Positions 45,434 to 54,724 of a stretch of DNA of 64,000 bases are shown here, in pieces. The stretch spans positions 8,348 through 72,347 of the forward strand of contig CAZZIO010000018.1 in NCBI GenBank assembly GCA_964654465.1. Direction: 5' to 3'. Position 1 is the stretch's first letter. Every line of letters begins with the position of its first letter. Source of the DNA: an uncultured Dictyoglomota bacterium. Its GTDB lineage: Bacteria; Dictyoglomota; Dictyoglomia; Dictyoglomales; Dictyoglomaceae. A program made the translations under genes and the position numbers. Below the pieces are notes generated by a model, which worked only from the letters and a program-made list of their open reading frames with translations, did not search any database and was not told the origin of the DNA.

Positions 45434-46090
45434 TTGGAAAAGACTACCATAACAAAAGAAATAGAAATCTTAAGAGAAAAACTTATACGTATGGGGAGCA
45501 TTGTAGAGAAAATGCTCCATCAAACTATTGATTCAATAAGAAGAAGAGATCTAAAATTAGCCCAAGAAGTAATTGAAAAAGATAAATTGGTAGATGACTA
45601 TAACTGGGACATAGAAAATCAATGTATTAGTATACTATCTAATTACCAACCTGTGTCAAAAGATTTAAGAATTATAACCTCTACAATGAAAATTGTAAAA
45701 GATTTAGAAAGAATTGGTGATTACTCTGTTGATATTGCTAAATATGTTTCAAGTCTCCTTGAATATTCCTTTGAATTACCTATTTCCGATATTATATCCT
45801 TAGCCTCTTTCGTTGAGCAGATGACAAGAGAGACAATAAGAACATATTCTAAGCCAGATTTAAACAAACTAGAAAGATTATCAACATACTACAACCTTGT
45901 AAATCAAAAGTATCAGGAAACATCAGATGAATTGTTAGGTGAAATTTATAAAAATCCTATACTTACCCAACAAATTATCCAATTAATAATGATCTCTCGT
46001 TATTTAGAACGTATTGCTGATCATGTAACAAATATAATAGAGCTTATATTCTATATAGAGACTGGAGAAAGAAAAGAATTACATGGATGA
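45434..46090 (+). CDS. phoU: phosphate signalling regulator PhoU
   Basis: Two PhoU repeats (ERIGDYSVDIAK and ERIADHVTNI). TTG start. No pst genes nearby. Confidence 0.88.
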   Translation: MEKTTITKEIEILREKLIRMGSIVEKMLHQTIDSIRRRDLKLAQEVIEKDKLVDDYNWDIENQCISILSNYQPVSKDLRIITSTMKIVKDLERIGDYSVDIAKYVSSLLEYSFELPISDIISLASFVEQMTRETIRTYSKPDLNKLERLSTYYNLVNQKYQETSDELLGEIYKNPILTQQIIQLIMISRYLERIADHVTNIIELIFYIETGERKELHG

Positions 46091-46096
46091 AAAATA

Positions 46097-47248
46097 ATGG
46101 AATACGTATTAGATGAAAACTCCTTATCTATAGAGGACCTTGTAGATATTGTTAAGAAGAGATATATAATAACTCTTTCTGAAACTCTTTCTCAAAAAGT
46201 TAATCAATCTAATAATCTTCTAAATATATATATTAGACATTTTGACTCAATATTTAAAGATGAGAAATTTAATAAAATCTTCTCTAGTTCTTATTTAAAT
46301 AAGGAGGAAAAAAGATCTATTATTATCACATTAATATACACTGCATCCAATGGAAATTCAGGCATAAGCTATAAAACCATAAAAGAGATTATAACTAAAA
46401 TTGGTAGATTAGAAGATATAGACATTCCAGAAACTTCTTTAAGTCCAATAAATATGCCTCCATATGGCTATATTTTATCCCACTTAGATACCTCAGATGT
46501 GGAAAGAAGAATAATTCTAAAAAGTAAGGGTTATTATATAGCTATCTTAGCTCTTTTATATTATAGATTAGAGATTATTAGAAAAATTCTATCGGTAATC
46601 TTTGTCCTATATTATAGAACAGTGAAATTTCAAAACCCTTATATTGATCCCTATATTTTAGCTTCAAATCCTCATTTATCCTTGATTAAATTAGGAGAGA
46701 ATATAAATATCCTAACAAAAAAGGAAAATGATAGATCTTTATTGGATTTAAATTCTATTGAAATTTCTTTTCACAAACTCTGTCATCTTTATGATTTGTC
46801 CTACAAACTAAAAGAGATATTAAATATCGAATTAAACTCTTCCCAATTCCCTATAATTTTTAATATAGACAAAGAAAATTATGTTTTAAATCCTTTAAAC
46901 ACAACGGAAAAATATTTATTAACTATTTACTTGGAAAATATTACTAAAAATATTGTTGAGATTTTGTCTACCCTTTTTCCATCCTCCAAATATAAATTAT
47001 TCACAATAAAAAACTCTAAAAATTATGAGAGCAGTATACTATATTTTAAAGAAACCATTCGTATAACAGAAGAGATTTTAAGTAAAATACTATTAGAACT
47101 TTTAAAAATAAATAATTTACAAACTGAACTAAAAAATCTTTTAATAAATTTCCTGAAAGAATTTAAAATAAAAACTCAAGAAGAACTAACATTATCCCTT
47201 GAAAATCTAATCTCCTTTTTAGAGAATCAAATAGAAGAACTATACTAA
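46097..47248 (+). CDS. hypothetical protein, weak N-terminal resemblance to HAL/PAL ammonia-lyases
   Basis: 383 aa, I/L/N/K-rich and visibly more AT-rich than its neighbours. Starts 6 nt after the phoU stop. See findings. Confidence 0.45.
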   Translation: MEYVLDENSLSIEDLVDIVKKRYIITLSETLSQKVNQSNNLLNIYIRHFDSIFKDEKFNKIFSSSYLNKEEKRSIIITLIYTASNGNSGISYKTIKEIITKIGRLEDIDIPETSLSPINMPPYGYILSHLDTSDVERRIILKSKGYYIAILALLYYRLEIIRKILSVIFVLYYRTVKFQNPYIDPYILASNPHLSLIKLGENINILTKKENDRSLLDLNSIEISFHKLCHLYDLSYKLKEILNIELNSSQFPIIFNIDKENYVLNPLNTTEKYLLTIYLENITKNIVEILSTLFPSSKYKLFTIKNSKNYESSILYFKETIRITEEILSKILLELLKINNLQTELKNLLINFLKEFKIKTQEELTLSLENLISFLENQIEELY

Positions 47249-47884
47249 TTTAATTGTTTCTTTTATAACTCTAACAATCTTATCAATTTCCCACATACCC
47301 ATATTGATTACCATATGATATAATTCTGGGTCATTCCAATCTACATTATAAAACCTATATAGATATTCTTGAGCAGCCCTATCCTTTTCAGAGATGTATT
47401 TTAAGGCTTCCTCCTTTGAAAAACCCTTTTTCTTCATTATATTCTCAATTCTAAATTCTAAAGGAGCTATTACTCTTAGATGTAAAGTATGGGGAATATT
47501 CCTAAGAAGAATTTGTCCACCTCTTCCCACAATTACCACATTATCCCAATCCACCAACTTTTTAATTACTGCTTGTGTAAAGGCCAAAGAATTTTCTTCA
47601 TCAAAAGTTTTTGTGGTAATAACGGTTCTACCTGTTTCATCTTTTTCTTTAACGGTTATCTTACCTAAGGGGGTCTTTCTGTTAAAAAGCTGTTCAAAAA
47701 AGCTTTTTATTTTATAATTATCTTCATTGTAATCTATAACTTCAGCCTCGCTTAATCCAGAAGCAACAGCTATCTCTGTCATTAGGAGCTTATCAAAATA
47801 CCTATATCTAAGTTCCTGTGATAACTTTTCTGCTAACTCATCTCCCATACTTCCTATCTGTCTTGATATGGTAATAATAGCCAC
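47240..47884 (-). CDS. cytidylate kinase-like family protein
   Basis: N-terminus ITISRQIGSMGDELAEKL (degenerate P-loop) is typical of the cytidylate-kinase-2 family. 214 aa. Confidence 0.7.
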   Translation of the reverse strand: MAIITISRQIGSMGDELAEKLSQELRYRYFDKLLMTEIAVASGLSEAEVIDYNEDNYKIKSFFEQLFNRKTPLGKITVKEKDETGRTVITTKTFDEENSLAFTQAVIKKLVDWDNVVIVGRGGQILLRNIPHTLHLRVIAPLEFRIENIMKKKGFSKEEALKYISEKDRAAQEYLYRFYNVDWNDPELYHMVINMGMWEIDKIVRVIKETIKLV

Positions 47885-47907
47885 AAAAACACCTCCCCCT
47901 AAAATGC

Positions 47908-48390
47908 TTAAAGTTTATATCCTATTTTTCTAAGAAATTCCTTTCTATGTTTCATATCTTCCTCTCCTTCAATTCCCTTTGGTTTCACACCATCAATTAC
48001 TCCTAAAACCCCTCTACCTATTCCGTCATCTGCAACTATTACTCTAAGAGAGTTAGCTGTAGCAGCAAAAATATTTACAACTTCTGGCACATGTTTTATA
48101 GCATTTAAAACATTTATAGGATAAAAATTCTTTATAAATATTATAAAAGTATGGCCAGCAGCTATTTTTTGCATATTCTTTATGGCTAATTCCTCCATTT
48201 CTTGATCAGTACCTATATGCCTTATAAGGGCAGGACCCGAAGCCTCACAAAAAGCAATACCAAACTTTGCAAAAGGTACACTATTTACAATTGCCTCATA
48301 TAAATCCTCTACAGTCTTTATAAAATGCGTCTGACCAAGTATCAAGTTAACATCTTCAGGTTTCTCAATCTCCACAATTTGAATCTCCAT
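47908..48390 (-). CDS. adenosine-specific kinase family protein (PF04008-like)
   Basis: 160 aa. The pattern [34 protein letters not shown]...FCEASGP matches my memory of this mostly archaeal family. Confidence 0.65.
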   Translation of the reverse strand: MEIQIVEIEKPEDVNLILGQTHFIKTVEDLYEAIVNSVPFAKFGIAFCEASGPALIRHIGTDQEMEELAIKNMQKIAAGHTFIIFIKNFYPINVLNAIKHVPEVVNIFAATANSLRVIVADDGIGRGVLGVIDGVKPKGIEGEEDMKHRKEFLRKIGYKL

Positions 48391-48417
48391 ATTTTCAACC
48401 CCTCCTATTCTAATTCT

Positions 48418-48448
48418 TTAAAAAAAAAGGGGAGGAATTTTCCTCCCC
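48418..48448 (-). terminator. intrinsic terminator after clpC
   Basis: Minus strand GGGGAGGA-loop-TCCTCCCC followed by a run of 10 T. Confidence 0.75.
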
Positions 48449-48459
48449 TTTTATTAACT

Positions 48460-51144
48460 TCATTTTGCTTTAACTTCTTCGGTTATCTTTTCAAACTCTA
48501 CTTGATTCTTTTCTTGATCATACTTAACCCTTATCTTATCTCCTTCTTGGATTGTACCATCTAACATGGCTTTAGCAAGCTTAGTTTCAATTTCATTCCT
48601 TATCTTTCTCTTAAGTTCTCTTGCTCCAAATTCTGGACTATATCCTATTTCAGCTAAAAATTCTATTACTGAATCGTCAAACATAAGATCTACATTCTGA
48701 GCTTTTGCTGTTCTTCTTACTCTTTCCAGTTGTAATTTCACAATATCCTTTATCTGCTCTTTAGTAAGAGCATGGAATACAATTATCTCGTCAATTCTAT
48801 TGAGAAATTCAGGCCTAAAGTATTTCTTTAATATTTCCATAAGCTTTTCTTTCAATTGTTCATATGAAAGCTTATCCTTTCCGGTAGCACTTAAATTAGC
48901 CTGAATAATATCAGAACCAATATTACTTGTCATAATTACTATGGTATTTGTGAAATCTACAACCCTACCTTTTCCATCTGTAAGTCTACCAGCATCGAAT
49001 ACTTGTAAGAGAATGTTATGCACGTCTGGATGAGCCTTTTCTATTTCATCCAAAAGTATCACGCTATAAGGTCTACGACGAACTCTTTCTGTTAATTGGC
49101 CACCCTCTTCATATCCTACATATCCTGGTGGTGCACCAATTAGTCTTGATACAGTATGTCTCTCCATATACTCACTCATGTCAATCCTTATAATAGCATC
49201 TTCATCACCAAACACCGCCCATGCTAATGCTTTTGCTAATTCAGTCTTTCCTACTCCTGTAGGACCAAGGAACAAGAATGAAGCTATAGGCCTATTCTTT
49301 TCTCTTAATCCTGCCCTTGCCAATCTTATAGCATCACTTACAGCTTTTATAGCTTCGTCTTGACCAACTACTCTTTCATGTAATTTTTCTTCAAGTCTTA
49401 ATAATCTTTCTTTTTCGTCTACAGTAAGTTCTGTTACTGGAATACCAGTTAATGAGGAGACTATCTCTGCTACATGTTTGGCTCTAACTTCTGGTACCTC
49501 AGAAGCTCTTTCTTTCTGCCAAGCTTCAGTTTTTTCTTGAAGCTCTTTTTCAAGTTTTTGAATTTGTTCCTCTAATTCTTTAGCTCTATCATATTGTTTT
49601 CTTGATGTAGCATATTCCTGCTCTCTCTTTAGAGATTGTATCTTAGACTCTAATTCCTGAATTTCAGCCGGTCTTGAAGTAAGCATAATTCTTACTCTTG
49701 CAGCTGCTTGATCTATAAGATCAATAGCTTTATCTGGTAAGTACCTGTTAGTTATATATTTATCCGATAGCTCAGCTGCTGCAATTATTGCTTCATCTGT
49801 TATCTTTACCTTATGATGGGCCTCAAATCTATCTCTAAGCCCTCTTAAAATCATAATTGTTTGTTCTACAGTTGGCTCAGCTATAAAGATAGGCTGGAAT
49901 CTTCTTTCCAAAGCAGCATCCTTCTCTATATATTTTTGATATTCATTTAAAGTGGTTGCGCCAATTAAATGCAATTCACCTCTTGCAAGAGCAGGTTTAA
50001 AGGCATTAGCTATATCTAAGTTACCTTCTCCAGCAGCTCCTGCACCAACTATAGTATGAATTTCATCTATAAAGATAATTAAGTTGTCTTGATTAGCAAT
50101 TATTTCATCAAGAATCTGCTTTACTCTTTCCTCTAATTCTCCTCTATACTTAGTACCAGCAACTATTGAGTTGATATTTAATTCTACTAATCTCTTATCT
50201 CTTAATACTTCTGGTACTTCGCCCTTAACAATTCTTTGTGCCAATCCTTCCACTATTGCTGTCTTTCCAACTCCAGGCTCTCCTATTAAAACAGGATTGT
50301 TTTTCTTTCTTCTTGCAAGTACTTCAATAACTGTCTCTATTTCTTTAGCTCTACCAATTACTGGATCAAGTTTTCCTTGTCTTGCTAGCTCTGTAAGATC
50401 ACGAGAATATTTATCTAAGGTAGGAGTATTAGTTCTTCTTCTTGTTTTTGCCTCCTCTTTACCTCTACCAACAACTTTAATTGTAGCTTGTCTTAAAGCC
50501 TGAGGAGATAATCCATATTTTCTTAAAACAGTAGAGGCAAATCCCTCCTCTTCTTCGGCAAGTCCAATTAATAGATGCTCAGGACCTATATAATTATGTT
50601 CTAAATCCCTTGCAGCCATAAACGCTCTCTCTAAGGCACTCTTAAGCCTTGGAGAGATATCTACTTCTACTTCTTCTCCTTCAGGCTTGAAGCTACCCTT
50701 AGGAGCATTATTTTCTATATATATCTTTATGTCCTGAGGAGAAAGTTTAAATTGTTTTAGTATTTCACCTACCACATCGTTATCAAGAAGAACATATAGC
50801 AAATGTTCTGTTCCTACTTGATTTTTCCCAAAATCTACAGCCTTTTTAGCTGCCTCCTGTAGCAAATTCTTTGAAACCTCACTCAAATAGTCTCCTATAT
50901 CAATAGCCTCTCTTTCTCTTTCAGGGTATCTTCCAAAAGGAGAGCCAAATTCATCTCCAAAAAAGTCTCTAAAAAGATCTCCAAAGAATAACGATTCTAA
51001 AGGAGAATAACTTCTTTCTTGTCTCCTTATTTTGCTATAACACTCTTCACAAATATCTAAGACACGCCTTTGACCATTTTTGATAGTATACACCCTTACA
51101 GTAGCAGGGTTTTGACTACAAATATCACATAATTTTCTACCCAT
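48460..51144 (-). CDS. clpC: Clp/Hsp100 ATPase ClpC with extra N-terminal zinc ribbon
   Basis: Two Clp_N repeats (GTEHLLYVLL, GPEHLLIGLA), Walker A GEPGVGKTA and GPTGVGKTE, and a short UVR-like middle domain. The start is set at the ATG at 51144 with a GGAGG RBS. Confidence 0.9.
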   Translation of the reverse strand: MGRKLCDICSQNPATVRVYTIKNGQRRVLDICEECYSKIRRQERSYSPLESLFFGDLFRDFFGDEFGSPFGRYPEREREAIDIGDYLSEVSKNLLQEAAKKAVDFGKNQVGTEHLLYVLLDNDVVGEILKQFKLSPQDIKIYIENNAPKGSFKPEGEEVEVDISPRLKSALERAFMAARDLEHNYIGPEHLLIGLAEEEEGFASTVLRKYGLSPQALRQATIKVVGRGKEEAKTRRRTNTPTLDKYSRDLTELARQGKLDPVIGRAKEIETVIEVLARRKKNNPVLIGEPGVGKTAIVEGLAQRIVKGEVPEVLRDKRLVELNINSIVAGTKYRGELEERVKQILDEIIANQDNLIIFIDEIHTIVGAGAAGEGNLDIANAFKPALARGELHLIGATTLNEYQKYIEKDAALERRFQPIFIAEPTVEQTIMILRGLRDRFEAHHKVKITDEAIIAAAELSDKYITNRYLPDKAIDLIDQAAARVRIMLTSRPAEIQELESKIQSLKREQEYATSRKQYDRAKELEEQIQKLEKELQEKTEAWQKERASEVPEVRAKHVAEIVSSLTGIPVTELTVDEKERLLRLEEKLHERVVGQDEAIKAVSDAIRLARAGLREKNRPIASFLFLGPTGVGKTELAKALAWAVFGDEDAIIRIDMSEYMERHTVSRLIGAPPGYVGYEEGGQLTERVRRRPYSVILLDEIEKAHPDVHNILLQVFDAGRLTDGKGRVVDFTNTIVIMTSNIGSDIIQANLSATGKDKLSYEQLKEKLMEILKKYFRPEFLNRIDEIIVFHALTKEQIKDIVKLQLERVRRTAKAQNVDLMFDDSVIEFLAEIGYSPEFGARELKRKIRNEIETKLAKAMLDGTIQEGDKIRVKYDQEKNQVEFEKITEEVKAK

Positions 51145-51245
51145 ACATTTCACCTCCTTTTTATTATATCAAATTTCACAAATTAATGTTCTATATATTA
51201 AAACTGTATATATATTACATCTACATATTGTTTTTGTCAACATAT

Positions 51246-51274
51246 TTGAAAGAATAATTTAAAAATTTTATAAT
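51246..51274 (+). promoter_or_regulatory. sigma70-like promoter for suhB
   Basis: TTGAAA, a 17-nt spacer, then TATAAT. Confidence 0.55.
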
Positions 51275-51309
51275 CAAAAGAAATGCTAACATCTGGAGGG
51301 AAAAGTATA

Positions 51310-52098
51310 ATGTTAAGATTTTTGGAATCTGCAATAAATATAGCCAAAAAGTCTGGAGATTTCATAGTTTCTCATTTAGAAGATGAGAAAATTATAGAAT
51401 TAAAAGGAATTTCTAATCTGGTTACTTCCATAGATAAAGAATCTGAGAAATTAATTATAAAATGTTTAGAAGAAAATTTTCCAGATCATTCCATATTAAG
51501 TGAAGAAAGGGGATTTTTGCAAAAAAAATCTGATTATACATGGATCATAGATCCATTGGATGGCACCACAAATTATGCCCATAGATTTCCTTTCTTTGGA
51601 GTAAGCATTGCTCTTAAATATAATGAAGAAATAATATTGGGAGTTATATATGATCCCATAAGAAAAGAATTATTTTTCGCCTTAAAAAATGAAGGGGCTT
51701 ATTTGAATGATAAAAAAGTAGCAGTATCAAAAACTAAGAATATTGCAGATGCACTAATAAGTACAGGCATGCCATATGAACTAACCCTAGATGAAAAAAA
51801 TTTCTTACCTTTTATTAATTTATCTTCAAGAACACATGGAATAAGAAGAGCAGGATCTGCAGCATTAGAGATTGCTTATGTGGCCTGCGGAAGATTAGAT
51901 GGCTTTTGGGCAAGAAAACTAAAACCATGGGACATTGCAGCAGGAATAATTTTAGTAAAGGAGGCAGGAGGAAAAGTGACTGATTTTAACGGTAATGATA
52001 TACAATTAGATGATGATACTTTTTTAGCATCTAATGGACTTATTCATGATAATATGCTAGAGATCATAAAATTGGAAAGGATAGTGATTAAGAAATGA
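51310..52098 (+). CDS. suhB: inositol monophosphatase family protein
   Basis: WIIDPLDGTTNY motif. The start is set at the ATG at 51310, 9 nt after GGAGGG. Confidence 0.88.
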   Translation: MLRFLESAINIAKKSGDFIVSHLEDEKIIELKGISNLVTSIDKESEKLIIKCLEENFPDHSILSEERGFLQKKSDYTWIIDPLDGTTNYAHRFPFFGVSIALKYNEEIILGVIYDPIRKELFFALKNEGAYLNDKKVAVSKTKNIADALISTGMPYELTLDEKNFLPFINLSSRTHGIRRAGSAALEIAYVACGRLDGFWARKLKPWDIAAGIILVKEAGGKVTDFNGNDIQLDDDTFLASNGLIHDNMLEIIKLERIVIKK

Positions 52099-52571
52099 AG
52101 ATTTTTCCATTTATACATTTTATTAATTCTCTTCTTCATATTTTTTCTCTTTCTTATCTTATTGGATCACCTACTTTTTTAGTTATTTTAGCATTAAAAG
52201 AAAAGTTCAATAGAGAGGAATTTTTAAAAGTTATTAACAAATATATTTATTTTTCTTCCTTTTTCTATCTTCTTTTCTTTATTACTAATCTAAACTTCTT
52301 ACTTATTGATAATACCTTTTCTTACTTTTTCAAGAAAAATCCATATGTTAAAATTCTAATAGAAGTCTATGTACCATTTGTAATTGGAACTATACTTATG
52401 AGTTTGCATCTTTATAGTAAGACATCTAAACTTTTAAAAGTCAAACTTCCAATACTTATACAAAAAGAATGGAGAAAGATTCAAATAGATCTTGTTGTTA
52501 TAGTAGAGTTTTTCTTGGTTATAATAATTATTGAGGCATTAATTTTCTACTTAATTTATATAATACCTTAA
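52095..52571 (+). CDS. hypothetical membrane protein
   Basis: 158 aa with about 4 hydrophobic helices. ATGA overlap with the suhB stop. No family recognised. Confidence 0.5.
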   Translation: MKIFPFIHFINSLLHIFSLSYLIGSPTFLVILALKEKFNREEFLKVINKYIYFSSFFYLLFFITNLNFLLIDNTFSYFFKKNPYVKILIEVYVPFVIGTILMSLHLYSKTSKLLKVKLPILIQKEWRKIQIDLVVIVEFFLVIIIIEALIFYLIYIIP

Positions 52572-52576
52572 AAGGT

Positions 52577-52653
52577 GCGCCCGTAGCTCAAAGGGATAGA
52601 GCATCGGTCTCCGAAGCCGGTGGTTGGAGGTTCAAATCCTCTCGGGCGCACCA
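52577..52653 (+). tRNA. tRNA-Arg (anticodon CCG)
   Basis: Hand-folded cloverleaf: acceptor GCGCCCG/CGGGCGC, D stem GCTC/GAGC, anticodon loop CTCCGAA, T loop TTCAAAT, and an encoded CCA. Confidence 0.9.
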
Positions 52654-52660
52654 ATAATTA

Positions 52661-54721
52661 TCAATAAACAATAAATTTCACACGAGTTTCCCAACTTTGA
52701 TTTGGTCCTAAATTTATATGATAAAAATGTACAAAATCACTTCCTTGATATACTCTTTCAAACCCCTCTTCTGATAAAGATACAGTCTCAATAGGATATC
52801 TATAAACTTTTGTTTCCATATCAAGATAACAGTCTAAATTTATTCCAATACCAGAACTTATACCCCATCTATTTATACTCTCAACTCCCATAGAATTAAG
52901 AGGAGCCTTCTCATTTTTTGTAGAAAAATAATAAAAATCAGGATGATTAGGTGCCAAGAAATTTAAATTTATCTCCCATGAGAAATTCAAACTAATATTT
53001 TCATCTTTCAAATTTATAATTCGATAATATACTTCAATTTCATTCCTATCCTTAGGAATTAGAAAAATCTTGTATAATTCAAAATCTGAAAATCCCTTTT
53101 TAAAGGAACAAAGGAATCTATTATTTTCTTCCTTTATATCATAGTCAAATTTCTCATAGAAAGTATCGATTATTAAATTTTCGTTATCTTTTAGTAATAA
53201 ATCTATAGCTGGTTCTTTCTCATAAAATTTTTCAATAAAAGATACCCTTCTGTGTCTATCATAAAATAATACTTGATCTAATCCTTTCTCTTTAGCTGTC
53301 CATCTTTCATGAATACTTTTTCCTAATACATATTCTTCTATTTTATGAAGCTTCTCATGATAAGCTTCTCTTCTACGGGTAAGAACATTAGTAAGATTAA
53401 AAGACTTATTTTTAAAATCCCATTCTATTAATGATCCTCCATAAGAGGGTGAAAAATAAAGATTAAAAACAGAAGATTCAATGATAATCTCATCTTTACC
53501 GTCACAATCAAAGTCAAAAATATTATACTTGAAATCCCCATCAACAAAATTTTCTGCTTTAATTAAATGTTCATAAATAGCAGATCTTAAATGTGGAAGA
53601 TAAAGTCCACCAAAAATTCCATGCCAATACGCATCATTCGCTTGCCCTTGCCAAAGTTCCTCTAAGGCTTTATTTTTTAACTCATCATTATTCGATAAAT
53701 CAATTTTTTTCCTCACATACAACATCTTCTTTTGCATATGATTTGATTCGTCATATTTGCTGAGAAAATTTCTCCAAAAACCCCCTTTAATAAATGGTGC
53801 ATATATTTCCCATGTACCTTCATTCTTAAGTTTTTCTGCTAATCTCTCTAAATTTAATTGTGCATCTGGAAACAGAACCCATTCCATCATTTCTCTGTAG
53901 GAGGCTGTAGGTAAGTAAATTCTCCCTTTAGGGGGATATTTTTTCATGTACTCATATAAATTAACAGGTGTTATTAATAAAAAATTTTCCTCCAATTTCT
54001 CGAAAAACCTTTCAAGCCATTTTTCTTCATATACTAAATTATATGTATCAGGCCAAAGCCCAAATTTTTCTCCATCATCAAAAAGAAGAGCTATTCTATC
54101 TCCCTCTACTGTTGCATACTTATCCAAATATTCTACTGTCTCTTGAGGATCTGCAAAAGGAATTAGATATCTCAATTTCATACTAATTGGAAAAACAGCT
54201 AATTTATACCCTTCTTCTTCCATTAAGTAATAACCAAAAAGGTCATCTTCATTTAATCCAACTGATAGAAAATGAGCATCATCTACAATCACATACTCAA
54301 TACCAGCCTCTGCTATAAATTTAACAAGATGAGGTTCCCAAACTCTTTCTGCAAGCCACATTCCTTTTGGCCTTTGCCCAAATTTATTATAGATATAATC
54401 ATTTAGTTTTTTTATCTGCAAAATTTTATCTTTATCAGGTATTATGGGTAATATAGGTTCATAAAAACCACCGCTTAATATCTCAACTTGTTCCCTTTCT
54501 GATAAAGCCTTAAGAATCTGAAAATACTCTGGATGATTATTCTCCAACCAAAGCAATAAATATCCTGAAAAGTGGACATTGAAAGGAAATTTTGGATAGT
54601 TATAAAAAAATTCAATAAGAGGCTTATAACACATTTGATATGCTCTTTCAATTACAAAGTCAAAGTTTCCTACAGGTTGATGATTATGCAGTCCTAAAGA
54701 AAAATATATCTTTTTTTGCAT
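52661..54721 (-). CDS. GH57 4-alpha-glucanotransferase / alpha-amylase (AmyA-like)
   Basis: 686 aa. N-terminus YFSLGLHNHQPVGNF and WLAERVWEP are typical of GH57 Thermococcus/Dictyoglomus enzymes. Confidence 0.85.
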   Translation of the reverse strand: MQKKIYFSLGLHNHQPVGNFDFVIERAYQMCYKPLIEFFYNYPKFPFNVHFSGYLLLWLENNHPEYFQILKALSEREQVEILSGGFYEPILPIIPDKDKILQIKKLNDYIYNKFGQRPKGMWLAERVWEPHLVKFIAEAGIEYVIVDDAHFLSVGLNEDDLFGYYLMEEEGYKLAVFPISMKLRYLIPFADPQETVEYLDKYATVEGDRIALLFDDGEKFGLWPDTYNLVYEEKWLERFFEKLEENFLLITPVNLYEYMKKYPPKGRIYLPTASYREMMEWVLFPDAQLNLERLAEKLKNEGTWEIYAPFIKGGFWRNFLSKYDESNHMQKKMLYVRKKIDLSNNDELKNKALEELWQGQANDAYWHGIFGGLYLPHLRSAIYEHLIKAENFVDGDFKYNIFDFDCDGKDEIIIESSVFNLYFSPSYGGSLIEWDFKNKSFNLTNVLTRRREAYHEKLHKIEEYVLGKSIHERWTAKEKGLDQVLFYDRHRRVSFIEKFYEKEPAIDLLLKDNENLIIDTFYEKFDYDIKEENNRFLCSFKKGFSDFELYKIFLIPKDRNEIEVYYRIINLKDENISLNFSWEINLNFLAPNHPDFYYFSTKNEKAPLNSMGVESINRWGISSGIGINLDCYLDMETKVYRYPIETVSLSEEGFERVYQGSDFVHFYHINLGPNQSWETRVKFIVY

Positions 54722-54724
54722 CCT

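Noticed and set aside
51145-51309. Looked for CtsR direct repeats (GGTCAAA-type heptads) or a CIRCE inverted repeat (TTAGCACTC-N9-GAGTGCTAA) upstream of clpC.
   Set aside because: Neither element is present on either strand. Only promoter-like hexamers for clpC and suhB are present.
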